A stretch of 64,000 nucleotides of DNA, taken from assembly GCA_963713975.1 (NCBI GenBank), contig OY970218.1:2800189-2864188 (forward strand), in the 5' to 3' direction. This stretch comes from an uncultured Chloroflexia bacterium (lineage in GTDB: Bacteria > Chloroflexota > Limnocylindria > Limnocylindrales > CSP1-4). A program made the translations under genes and the position numbers. Shown in pieces: positions 8,620 through 17,764 of the stretch. The notes beneath the pieces were generated by a model. It worked only from the letters and a program-made list of their open reading frames with translations, was not told the origin of the DNA and ran no database searches. Position 1 is the stretch's first letter. Each line of letters starts with the position of its first letter.

Positions 8620-10238
8620 GCGGCCTGCGCGGCCCGGACGACCTGCCCGCGTTGGACGACGTGCCCACGCCGGCGGACGAAGGCGTCGGGGACACTGTGA
8701 CGCCGTCATCCCCGGGTCCGATCAGGAAGGTGACCCCCGTGGCGCCGCGTCGCTCGCGCTCGATCGGGTCGAACGTCTTCCGGACCGGGATTGCCGTGGT
8801 GTGCGGCTTCGCGATCCTGGCCGTCGGCGCCGGCTGGTGGCAGGTGGCCGAGGCCCAGAGGCTGTCCACCGCGCCCGACAACCCGGCAGTCATCGCCATC
8901 GCACGGCGGGCGGTTCGTGGGCCGATCATGGATCGCAACGGGCAGTGGCTGGCGCGCAGTGGCCGGGATGCCAACGGTGAGGCCACCCGCGAGTACCGCG
9001 ACGACGACATCAGTCCCGTGGTGGGCTACGCCTCGCGGAAGTACGGCACGGCCGGTCTCGAGCGTGCCTACAACACGGAGCTCCTCGGCCTGTCGGGCGC
9101 CGGCACGATCGGTGACCTGATGGGCAAGTTCGGCGTCACGTCGGACGACCCGCTCGGCCTGCAGCTCTCGCTGGACCTCAGGCTCCAGCGAGCGGCAGTG
9201 CGCGGTCTGGGGTCGGACAAGGGCGCGGTCGTCATGCTCGACCCGGCCACCGGCGAGATCCTGGCCATGGCATCGACGCCGGTGTACGACGCCTCGGCGA
9301 TCGCCGACCCGGCGACCGCGACCGCGACCTTCGAGCAGCTCCAGGCCGACGAGGACCGGCCCCTGCTGCCGCGCGCCACGCTGGGCCGCTACGTGCCTGG
9401 ATCCGTGTTCAAGATCGTCACCGGCATCGCAGGCCTGAACACGGGCGCGGTGAACGCTTCGACGACCTTCGAGGAGCAGCCGCCGGCCGAGACGAAGGGC
9501 CTCCTGGTCGAGGGCTTCCGCGTCCGCGATGGCCACCATCCCGAGACCGGTTCGACGGCGCTCGACCTGGCGGCTGCGACGGAGGTCAGCTGCAACATCT
9601 GGTATGCGCTGACCGGACTCGCGACCGGCGGCGATCGCCTGGTCGACCAGGCGGCGCGGCTCGGCTTCGGGGCTTCCATCCCGTTCGACCTGCCGACGGC
9701 GATCAGCCAGGTGACCTCCGGCAACGGCCAGGCGCCCGGCGGGTTCACCGACGACGCAGAGCTGGCATCGGCGTCCTTCGGGCAGGGCGAGACGTTCGTG
9801 ACCCCGCTCCAGATGGCCCTCGTGGCGGCGACGGTCGCGAACGACGGCGTGCTCATGAAGCCCCATGTGGTCACGGGCCTGACCGGCGATGGGCCCGGGG
9901 CCCGGACGATCGCACCCGAGACCTGGCGGCGGGTCCTGGGCGACGACGACGCCCGCACGCTCCAGGCCGCGATGCAGCAGGCGGTGGAGGGGGATCTCGG
10001 CCGCCAGTTCACCGCGGGCGCCAAGGTCGCAGGCGTTCCGACCGCCGGCAAGTCGGGCACAGCCGAACTGGGCGGCAAGGGCGAGCCCCACTCCTGGTTC
10101 ATCGGCTTCGCACCTGTCGAGAATCCGACGGTCGCGATCGCCGTCCTCGTCGAGCGGGGCGGCCGCGGAGGCGAGCGGGCGGCCCCGCTGGCGGGCGACC
10201 TGATGGAGCGGTACTTCGAGCTGTACGGGGCGCCGTGA
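8616..10238 (+). CDS. pbpA: Penicillin-binding protein 2-type transpeptidase (PbpA)
   Basis: SxxK (SVFKIV), SxN and KSGT(A) transpeptidase motifs. ATGA overlap with rodA. Confidence 0.8.
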   Translation: MSGLRGPDDLPALDDVPTPADEGVGDTVTPSSPGPIRKVTPVAPRRSRSIGSNVFRTGIAVVCGFAILAVGAGWWQVAEAQRLSTAPDNPAVIAIARRAVRGPIMDRNGQWLARSGRDANGEATREYRDDDISPVVGYASRKYGTAGLERAYNTELLGLSGAGTIGDLMGKFGVTSDDPLGLQLSLDLRLQRAAVRGLGSDKGAVVMLDPATGEILAMASTPVYDASAIADPATATATFEQLQADEDRPLLPRATLGRYVPGSVFKIVTGIAGLNTGAVNASTTFEEQPPAETKGLLVEGFRVRDGHHPETGSTALDLAAATEVSCNIWYALTGLATGGDRLVDQAARLGFGASIPFDLPTAISQVTSGNGQAPGGFTDDAELASASFGQGETFVTPLQMALVAATVANDGVLMKPHVVTGLTGDGPGARTIAPETWRRVLGDDDARTLQAAMQQAVEGDLGRQFTAGAKVAGVPTAGKSGTAELGGKGEPHSWFIGFAPVENPTVAIAVLVERGGRGGERAAPLAGDLMERYFELYGAP

Positions 10239-10286
10239 CCAGGGCCGGGTACGGCCAGGATCGACCAGGGGGTACGCTGCGCCACG

Positions 10287-10592
10287 ATGACCGACTCCAG
10301 CCGAGGACCCGCGACGCCCGCATCAGCTCCGCCGGCCGGCCCGGGCGCCCCCGCCCAGGAGCCAGCCCCCGTCCCGGAGCCCGCAGCTGCGACCACGACA
10401 CCGCCGACGCGTCCGCGGCCGATGATCGAACGGATCGGGATGGCCGCGATCGCGCTCGTGGTCGGGGCACTGTTCGCCATCGTCTCGGCGGCGGCGTTCA
10501 TCGGCGGCGAGCCGTTCCTCGGCGTGATGGGCGCGATGGGCCTCGTGATGGTCCTCTGGGTCGGAGGCATGACTCTGTTCAAGGGCCGCTAG
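10287..10592 (+). CDS. Small membrane protein, Pro/Ala-rich N-terminus, two TM helices
   Basis: 101-aa ORF directly downstream of pbpA. No recognisable family. Confidence 0.3.
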   Translation: MTDSSRGPATPASAPPAGPGAPAQEPAPVPEPAAATTTPPTRPRPMIERIGMAAIALVVGALFAIVSAAAFIGGEPFLGVMGAMGLVMVLWVGGMTLFKGR

Positions 10593-10776
10593 CCCAACGG
10601 ACGGGACCGACCGGCAGGGCCGGCGAGAACCTCTTTGACGGAGCGGTCGTACACTGGATCGAGCGGCATGACGTCGCCGCGTCCCGAGTCCCGTATGCGA
10701 CGTCACCTGCGGCCCGCTCCCGGCGTCAGTCGGGCATGGCACGGCGCGGCCCCAACCGCATGACGACGGGAGTCCG

Positions 10777-11760
10777 ATGAGCAGCATCCAGCAGGTTGGC
10801 GACAAGGTCCTGGCAAACGTCGAGCGCGTCATCGTGGGCAAGCACCACGAGGTCCGCCTGGCGCTCGTCGCGCTCATGTGCCGGGGTCACCTCCTGATCG
10901 AGGACGTGCCCGGCACCGGCAAGACGGTTCTGGCCAAGGCGATCGCCCGCAGCCTGGGCTGCACCTTCCGGCGCATCCAGTTCACCCCTGATCTCCTGCC
11001 GTCGGACGTGACCGGCCTGTCGATCTACAACCAGAAGACGCAGGAGTTCGAGTTCCGGCCGGGCCCGATCATGAGCCAGGTGGTCCTCGCGGACGAGATC
11101 AACCGCGCGACGCCCAAGACGCAGTCCAGCCTCCTCGAGTGCATGGAGGAACGGCAGGCGACCATCGATGGCGTCACCCACCCGATGCCGGACCCGTTCC
11201 TCGTGATCGCCACGCAGAACCCGATCGAGTATGAGGGGACGTTCGCGCTCCCCGAGGCGCAGCTCGACCGGTTCATGCTCCGGATCCGTCTGGGATACCC
11301 GGCCCTGCTCGACGAGGTGCTCATCCTCGACGAGCAGAAGCGGACCCACCCCATCGACGACCTCGCCGAGGTCTGTTCCGTGGACGAGCTGCGCGAGCTG
11401 CAGGCCGGGGTGCGCGAGATCTACGTCGACCCCGCCGTCAGCGATTACATCGTCCGCCTGGTGGCCTCCACGAGGTCCCACCCTGACGTCTACCTGGGCG
11501 CCAGCCCGCGCGGCTCGATCGCCCTGTATCGCTCCTCCCAGGCGCTTGCCGGGCTCCTCGGCCGCGACTACGTGATCCCCGACGACGTGAAGTCGCTCGC
11601 GGAGCCGGCGCTGGCCCACCGCGTGATCGTCAAGACGAGCTCGTCCATCCACGACGTCTCCTCGGGCCACGTCGTCCGCGAGCTGGTCGGGTCGACGCCG
11701 ATCGAGGCCGCCCGCCAGGCCGGCGGCCCTCGCGAGGTCAGCCCCGGCCGCGCCGGTTGA
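10777..11760 (+). CDS. MoxR-family AAA+ ATPase
   Basis: Walker A GTGKT within [22 protein letters not shown], and the MoxR-specific [17 protein letters not shown] region. GGGAG RBS. Confidence 0.85.
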   Translation: MSSIQQVGDKVLANVERVIVGKHHEVRLALVALMCRGHLLIEDVPGTGKTVLAKAIARSLGCTFRRIQFTPDLLPSDVTGLSIYNQKTQEFEFRPGPIMSQVVLADEINRATPKTQSSLLECMEERQATIDGVTHPMPDPFLVIATQNPIEYEGTFALPEAQLDRFMLRIRLGYPALLDEVLILDEQKRTHPIDDLAEVCSVDELRELQAGVREIYVDPAVSDYIVRLVASTRSHPDVYLGASPRGSIALYRSSQALAGLLGRDYVIPDDVKSLAEPALAHRVIVKTSSSIHDVSSGHVVRELVGSTPIEAARQAGGPREVSPGRAG

Positions 11761-11773
11761 CGGGTCGATCGCG

Positions 11774-12988
11774 ATGATCCGTCGCCTCCAGGTGCTCGTC
11801 ATCGCCGGCATCCTGGTCGTCGCGGCCTTCTCGACCGGGTGGGACTTCCTGTTCTTCCTGATCTACGTCGGGCTGCTGGTGGGCGGAGGCAGCTACGTCC
11901 TGACCCGGCTCGGGCTTGCGGATCTCGAGGCCGGATACGCCGTGAGCCAGTTGACCGCCCACGTCGGCGACCGGCTGCGGGTGACCTACACACTGCGCAA
12001 CACCGGCCGCATCCCCAAGCCATGGCTTGAGGTCCACAACCCCACGACGCTGCCGGGCGGCCTGCCCGGGCGCGCGCTTTCCCTGGGCAGTCGCCAGGAG
12101 CGCTCATGGCTCGTTCGCGCGGTGCTGGATCGTCGCGGCCACTATCGCGTCGAGCCGCTGCAGATCAGGACCGGCGACCCCTTCGGCTTCTTCGAGGCAG
12201 CGGCCGTGGTGGGGCAGGGGATCACCCTCGTGGTCTATCCGACCGTCGAGCCGCTGCCACTGTGGCGCCTGCCCCCGGCCAGCATCGAGGGCGCCCACGC
12301 GTCCCCTGAGCGGACCCTGCAGACCACGCCGCTGGCGACGACGGTGCGTCCCTACGAGCCGGGCGACTCGATGAACCGGATCCACTGGCGCAAGACGGCG
12401 CACCTCGGGGAGATCCAGGTCAAGGAGTTCGACCTGGAGCAGACGGCCGACGCGTGGATCTTCCTGGACCTCGACGCGGCGTTCGAGGCCGGCATCGGGG
12501 GCGATTCGACGACAGAGGTGGCCGTACGCGCGGCGGCGTCCATCGCGGACAAGGCGCTGGGCGAGAACCGGGCGGTGGGGATGACGGCCAACGGCCACCG
12601 CCTGACGGTCCTCCCGGCGGACCGCGGCCCCCGCCAGCGCCTCAAGATCCTGCAGCTCCTCGCGGCGGTGGAGGCGGACGGCACCACGCCGCTCGACGAA
12701 GCGTTGCTGACCAGCCTGGGCCGCCTGCGGCGAGGCATGACGGCGATCGTCATCACGGCGACCACGGACCCGTCATTCGTCCGGCCACTGGCTGCCCTGA
12801 AGGGCCGGGGGATCACCACCGTTGTCGTCGCCCTGGATGTCGCCGCCTATGAGCCGGCCGAGGATCCTGCCGAGGCGGATCTCCAGCGCCAGCATGCCCG
12901 GGCGCTGCGCCACGCCCTCGCGGAGTATCAGCTGGCCGCGTTCTCGATCGCCCCCCGGCAGCCGCTCGCAGAAGCCCTGGCACGATGA
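11774..12988 (+). CDS. DUF58-domain (vWA-like) protein, MoxR partner
   Basis: N-terminal TM, then the conserved DUF58 block (YEPGDSMNRIHWRKTA). Canonical position between MoxR and the transglutaminase. Confidence 0.75.
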   Translation: MIRRLQVLVIAGILVVAAFSTGWDFLFFLIYVGLLVGGGSYVLTRLGLADLEAGYAVSQLTAHVGDRLRVTYTLRNTGRIPKPWLEVHNPTTLPGGLPGRALSLGSRQERSWLVRAVLDRRGHYRVEPLQIRTGDPFGFFEAAAVVGQGITLVVYPTVEPLPLWRLPPASIEGAHASPERTLQTTPLATTVRPYEPGDSMNRIHWRKTAHLGEIQVKEFDLEQTADAWIFLDLDAAFEAGIGGDSTTEVAVRAAASIADKALGENRAVGMTANGHRLTVLPADRGPRQRLKILQLLAAVEADGTTPLDEALLTSLGRLRRGMTAIVITATTDPSFVRPLAALKGRGITTVVVALDVAAYEPAEDPAEADLQRQHARALRHALAEYQLAAFSIAPRQPLAEALAR

Positions 12989-15258
12989 GCGAGTCGCCCC
13001 TTCGACGGCCCGCGGAAGGGTGGGCCACCCTCGGCCTCGTGGTCGCAATCGCCCTCATCCTGGGCTGGGCCGTCGACGCCCCGGCCTGGGTGATCGGCCG
13101 CGGAGCCCTCACGGACGACCTGGCGCTGCTTGCCCTGTGCGGGGCTGCGGTCGGCTTCGTCGGCCCCAAGGTGGGCTGGGGGCGCTGGACGACGCACCTG
13201 GTGGGTGCGGCGCTCGCGGCGCTCGTCATCGCCATCGTTGCAGGCTGGGCGGAGCAACCTGGGGCCTCCGTCGCCGGGGCCTTCCGGATCACGGCCCATG
13301 GATCCACGGAGGCGTACCTCGACCTCGCGTGGCGCAGCCTGCCGCTCACCAGCCAGCACATCCACTACATCATGGTGCTGGGCGTGATCGTGTGGGGCAC
13401 CATGCAGTTCGCGTCGTACGCCGTCTTCGGCCACGGGCGGCCCCTGGGCGGGATCGTGGCCGTGGGCACGGTGCTTGTCGCGAACATGGCGCTAACCACC
13501 CAGCCGATGGCGTACCTGGTGGCCTTCACCGGGGCGTCGCTGTTCCTGCTGATCGAGATGCACGCCTTCGACGAGCGCTCCGCGTGGCTGCGCCGCCGGA
13601 TCGGCGACCCGTCGTCGCTCTCGGCGATGTACCTGCGTGGCGGCTCGTTGTTCATCCTGGTCACGCTGGTGGCTTCGATGCTGCTCACCCAGCGCGCCAC
13701 CTCGGCACCCCTCGCCGGCGCATGGAGCGGCGTCGACGACCAGCTGGTCCGGATCGGTCGTGAGGTCGGCCGCCTGTTCCCGGTGGGCGGCGACCTGCGT
13801 GGTGGCGGCGGGGTCAGCTTCGGCTCCACCGCCCTCATCTCGTCCCGCTGGTACAGCGACGAGGGCATCGCGTTCACCGCCACCGTGCCTCAGGACGCAA
13901 AGGGATGGAAGTGGCGCGCCGCGACCTACGACACGTTCATCCTGGGCGCATGGGTGCAGGGCGAGGTGACGACCGTCCCGGTACAGGCCGCCGTGCCGCT
14001 GCTCGCCGGCACACCGGAGGATCCTTCCCCCGACGTCACCACCGCGATCACGACCACGGTTCGCCCGGACGAGTACCGCGACACGCTCCTGCTGGCACCC
14101 GGGGCGCCCACGGTTGTCGACCGCGACGCCAACGTGCTCCTGATCGGATCGGACGGCTGGTTCGCGGGTGTCCAGCTGCCAGCGGGCCGCGCCGGGTACA
14201 CCGTCGAGAGCTCGGTCCTTCGCCTCGACGACGAGGAGGGGATCACCGGCAACGAGCTGCGCGCCTCGACCGAGGACTACCCGACAGACATCTCGGCGCG
14301 GTACACCACGGTGCCGGAAGGCGCGATGGGGCCCGACGCGCGCGCACTGCTCGCCACCATCCTCGAGGCCGCACGGACCACGGACCCCTATGACCTCGCC
14401 GTCACGATCCAGGACTACCTGCGGTCGGACGCCTTCAGCTACACCACGAACCTGACCGGGGTGCCGTGCGATTCTGCGAGCGCCGTCGAGTGCTTTGCCC
14501 GCACCCAGAAGGGGTACTGCCTCCACTACGCATCCACGATGGCGATCCTCCTGCGCGCCGCCGATCCCGGCAACCCCATCCCGACGCGGCTCGTCCAGGG
14601 GTTCCTGCCGGGAGCCCGCCAGGGTTCGACGGAGACCGTCACCAACAGGGGCGCCCATGCCTGGGTGGAGGTCTACTTCCCCGGCTACGGCTGGATCCCG
14701 TTCGACCCCACCGGCGGCGGCGTCGGCCAGCCGTCCGTGATCCCGGCCGGGCCTGAGGTGTCCGCCGCCCCGATCCCGAGTGGAACCGCCGGCCCGCGGG
14801 ACGTCCCGGACCCGACCCGTCGCGGCGAGGGCGTGACCGGCCCGGTTTCGCCCGGTCCCGGGGGATCGCAGCCCGGCGACCGGACGCTGCTCATCGTGAT
14901 CTCGGCGCTGCTCGCCCTGGTCGTCCTCGCCGCGGCGATCGCGGCATGGATGCGTGGTCCACGCGGCGAGGTCAGCCCGGAACTGGCCTGGCGATCGCTG
15001 TCACGGACGGCCTCGCGCCTCGGCTTCGCGCCGCGACCCACCCAGACGGTCTACGAGTACGCGGCGAGCCTCGGAGACCTGGTGCCCGTGGCCGGGGACG
15101 ATCTGCAGGTCGTGGCGGCCGCCAAGGTTGAGACGACCTATGCACGTGCGCGGCTGGGCCCATCACGCCTGGATGCGGTACGTGCCGCGAACCGGCGGCT
15201 GCGGGTCTCGCTGTTGCGCCTCGTACTTCGCCGGCCGCGGCGCCGGGCGGGTCGCTGA
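12985..15258 (+). CDS. Transglutaminase-like membrane protein (TgpA-like; DUF3488 N-terminal TMs + transglutaminase core)
   Basis: Multi-TM N-terminal domain. Papain-like core with the catalytic Cys in GYCLHYASTMAILLR. ATGA overlap with DUF58. Confidence 0.75.
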   Translation: MSESPLRRPAEGWATLGLVVAIALILGWAVDAPAWVIGRGALTDDLALLALCGAAVGFVGPKVGWGRWTTHLVGAALAALVIAIVAGWAEQPGASVAGAFRITAHGSTEAYLDLAWRSLPLTSQHIHYIMVLGVIVWGTMQFASYAVFGHGRPLGGIVAVGTVLVANMALTTQPMAYLVAFTGASLFLLIEMHAFDERSAWLRRRIGDPSSLSAMYLRGGSLFILVTLVASMLLTQRATSAPLAGAWSGVDDQLVRIGREVGRLFPVGGDLRGGGGVSFGSTALISSRWYSDEGIAFTATVPQDAKGWKWRAATYDTFILGAWVQGEVTTVPVQAAVPLLAGTPEDPSPDVTTAITTTVRPDEYRDTLLLAPGAPTVVDRDANVLLIGSDGWFAGVQLPAGRAGYTVESSVLRLDDEEGITGNELRASTEDYPTDISARYTTVPEGAMGPDARALLATILEAARTTDPYDLAVTIQDYLRSDAFSYTTNLTGVPCDSASAVECFARTQKGYCLHYASTMAILLRAADPGNPIPTRLVQGFLPGARQGSTETVTNRGAHAWVEVYFPGYGWIPFDPTGGGVGQPSVIPAGPEVSAAPIPSGTAGPRDVPDPTRRGEGVTGPVSPGPGGSQPGDRTLLIVISALLALVVLAAAIAAWMRGPRGEVSPELAWRSLSRTASRLGFAPRPTQTVYEYAASLGDLVPVAGDDLQVVAAAKVETTYARARLGPSRLDAVRAANRRLRVSLLRLVLRRPRRRAGR

Positions 15259-15271
15259 ACTCGCGCCGACA

Positions 15272-15324
15272 GGGACTACAGCGCCCCGTTCCCATGCGGC
15301 ACCGCCTGGGACTACAGCGCCCCG
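15272..15324. repeat. Direct repeat, 2 x 17 nt (gggactacagcgccccg), in a convergent intergenic region
   Basis: Copies at 15272-15288 and 15308-15324. The second overlaps the stop codon of the phosphatase gene. Confidence 0.5.
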
Positions 15325-16184
15325 GACCTGGCCCGCAGGTCTGCGGCCGCGCGGGCCTCCTCGTCCAGCAGCGTGGCGAGATGCTCGGACAGGTTTGCGG
15401 CCCGCACGACTGGACGCCCGCCACGGAGCTCGATCACCGTGATCCCGGTCAGTGCCATCGTGAACATCCAGAAGTGGGTGAGCGGGAGTCCGAAGAGGCT
15501 CAGCATCACGATCTTGAACACGCCGTCATGGCCCACAAGGATCGACCACGGCTGGCCGGCCTGTGGTCCGACACCCGGGTAGCCGCCAACCTGGGGACGG
15601 TCCAGCGTCCCGCGAGGGTAGTCGCGTCCAAGGCGCTCCAGCACGGCCGCGAGGGCCGGCCGAACACGCGCCTGGACCTGGGCGGGGGACTCGCCGCCCG
15701 GAGCCCAGACGTCCCACGGCCGACGGCGCCAGCCGGCGAGGGTGTCGGGCCAGCGGCGCGCGATCTCGTCGTGGGTGACCCCTTCCCATTCGCCCTGGCC
15801 GATCTCCAGCAGACCGGGTTCGGGACGGAGCGTCGGCGCCGGTCCGGCATCCGGGTTATCGCCGGCATCCCGGTCGATCGCCTCCGCGACGGCCCGTGCC
15901 GTCTCCGCGGTGCGGCCCAGCGGGGAATGGACGATCTCGATCGGCCGGCCGCCCGGGACTGGCAGCGCCGGAGACGCGTGCGGCCGGGCCAGGCGTTCCG
16001 CGGCCAGGGCCGCCTGACGGCGGCCCATGGGGGACAGGGGCGTCTCGCTCTGGCCCTGGAACCGGTTCTCGACGATCCACTCGGACTCCCCGTGGCGCAG
16101 CAGCACGAGCGTGGCGTCGATGCCCTCGGGGATCAGCGGCGGGGGAGCCGGGAGGGGACGCCCCGCCGTCTCGCCGTCGGTCAC
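15312..16184 (-). CDS. Histidine-phosphatase (phosphoglycerate-mutase-like) family protein; candidate phosphoserine phosphatase
   Basis: LVLLRHGESEW...RFQG catalytic RHG motif. GTG start overlaps the serA stop (GTGA). It is the C-terminal 291 aa of a 692-aa six-frame ORF whose upstream part is antisense to serA. Confidence 0.6.
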   Translation of the reverse strand: MTDGETAGRPLPAPPPLIPEGIDATLVLLRHGESEWIVENRFQGQSETPLSPMGRRQAALAAERLARPHASPALPVPGGRPIEIVHSPLGRTAETARAVAEAIDRDAGDNPDAGPAPTLRPEPGLLEIGQGEWEGVTHDEIARRWPDTLAGWRRRPWDVWAPGGESPAQVQARVRPALAAVLERLGRDYPRGTLDRPQVGGYPGVGPQAGQPWSILVGHDGVFKIVMLSLFGLPLTHFWMFTMALTGITVIELRGGRPVVRAANLSEHLATLLDEEARAAADLRARSGAL

Positions 16185-17764
16185 CGGGCGCCGTCCAGCC
16201 GGATCACCCAGGTGTCGATCGTCGCGTCGTCGGCCTGGATGGCCTCCACGACGGCGGGGGGAACGTCGTCGTCGAGGGCCAGCACCATGTACGCCTCCGC
16301 GCGCGGCGCAGACCGGGCGAGGGTCATGGAGCTGATGTTGACGTCGGCCGCCCCAAGGAGCGCGCCGACACGGCCGACCATTCCCGGGCGGTCCATGTGC
16401 TGGGAGATGAGCATGACGCCGGCCGGGGCAAGGTCCATGGCGTGCTCCTGCAGGCGCACCAGGCGTGCCTCGCCGTTGGCGACGGTCCCCGCGAGCGTGA
16501 CGGTCTGGCCCTCCGCCTCCGCGGTGATCGTCAGCAGCGAGGCGAAGACGTCCGCGTTGGAGGTCTTGCGCTCGACCACGTTGATGCCGCGGGCTTTTGC
16601 GAGCGTGGCGGCATTGACCAGGTTCACCCGTTCCTCCGTGTCCTGCTCCAGCAGGCCGCGGAGCACGGCAGCGGTCAGCGACGATGCGTCGTAGGCGGCA
16701 GGCTCGCCGGCGATCTCCAGGGTCAGCGTGCGGGGTGCCGTCCGGGCGAGCTGCGCCGCGAACCGGCCGAGCGTCTCGGCCAGCGGCAGATAGGGCGCGA
16801 TCACCTGGGCCGTCTCCGGGGTCAGCAGCGGCGCATTGACCGCATACCGTGCCGAGCGTCCGTCGAGCACGTCCAGGATCTGCTCGGCCACCTCCTCCGC
16901 CACCGCGACCTGTGCCTCGGCCGTGGAGGCGCCCAGATGCGGGGTCAGCAGGGTGTTGGGCGCGTCGAGGAGTGGCGATCCGGTGGGCGGCTCCGTGTTG
17001 TAGACGTCGATCCCGGCCCCGCCGACCTTGCCGGCCATGAGGGCGGCGGCGAGGTCCGCCTCGTCGATCACGCCGCCGCGAGCGACGTTGAGCAGCAGCA
17101 CGCCGGGCTTCATCCGGTCGATGACGGCCGCGTTGATGAGGCCGGTCGTGGACTTCGTCTTGGGGACGTGGACCGTGATGGCGTCCGAGCGCCCCACGAG
17201 ATCGTCGAAGGGCACCAGCTCCACGCCGAGGTTCGCGGCCTGCTCCGGCGTCACGAACGGGTCCGAACCCAGGACGATCATCTGCATCGCGTGCGCCCGC
17301 ACCGCGATGGCCTGGCCGATCTTGCCCAGGCCGACGATGCCCAGGGTCTTGCCGCGTACCTCGATGCCACTGAACTGCGAGCGCTTCCACTCGCCCCGGC
17401 GCATCGAGGCGTCGGCCGCGGCGGTCTTGCGGGCGAGGCCGAGCAGGAGTGCCAGCGTCAGCTCCGCGGCGGCGATCGTGTTGCCGGTGGGTGCGTTGAC
17501 GACGACGATGCCGGCCCGCGTGGCGGCCTCGAGGTCCACGTTGTCCACACCCACGCCCGCACGACCGATCACGACCAGGCGGGTGCCGGCGGCGATGAGC
17601 TCGGCGTCCACCTTGACCTGGCTGCGCACGACCAGCGCGTCGTACTCGGGCAGGATCGCGGCGATCTCGTCGCGGGGCAGGCCGAGCTTCTCGTCGACCT
17701 CATGGTGGCGGCGGAGCAGCTCGACGCCTTCGTCGGCGAGGGCCTCGACGATCAGGATCCTCAT
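16181..17764 (-). CDS. serA: D-3-phosphoglycerate dehydrogenase (with ASB and ACT domains)
   Basis: 527 aa. NAD-binding GxGxIG (GIVGLGKIGQAIA), catalytic R/H/E framework, C-terminal ACT domain. Typical long-form SerA. Confidence 0.9.
   Translation of the reverse strand: MRILIVEALADEGVELLRRHHEVDEKLGLPRDEIAAILPEYDALVVRSQVKVDAELIAAGTRLVVIGRAGVGVDNVDLEAATRAGIVVVNAPTGNTIAAAELTLALLLGLARKTAAADASMRRGEWKRSQFSGIEVRGKTLGIVGLGKIGQAIAVRAHAMQMIVLGSDPFVTPEQAANLGVELVPFDDLVGRSDAITVHVPKTKSTTGLINAAVIDRMKPGVLLLNVARGGVIDEADLAAALMAGKVGGAGIDVYNTEPPTGSPLLDAPNTLLTPHLGASTAEAQVAVAEEVAEQILDVLDGRSARYAVNAPLLTPETAQVIAPYLPLAETLGRFAAQLARTAPRTLTLEIAGEPAAYDASSLTAAVLRGLLEQDTEERVNLVNAATLAKARGINVVERKTSNADVFASLLTITAEAEGQTVTLAGTVANGEARLVRLQEHAMDLAPAGVMLISQHMDRPGMVGRVGALLGAADVNISSMTLARSAPRAEAYMVLALDDDVPPAVVEAIQADDATIDTWVIRLDGAR

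Noticed and set aside
7018-10582. Long minus-strand ORFs (563, 461, 397 aa) across rodA/pbpA
   Set aside because: Antisense to genes with unambiguous SEDS and transpeptidase motifs.
15312-17390. 692-aa minus-strand ORF read as one gene
   Set aside because: Only the C-terminal 291 aa (15312-16184) carry the histidine-phosphatase domain. The upstream part is out-of-frame overlap with serA.
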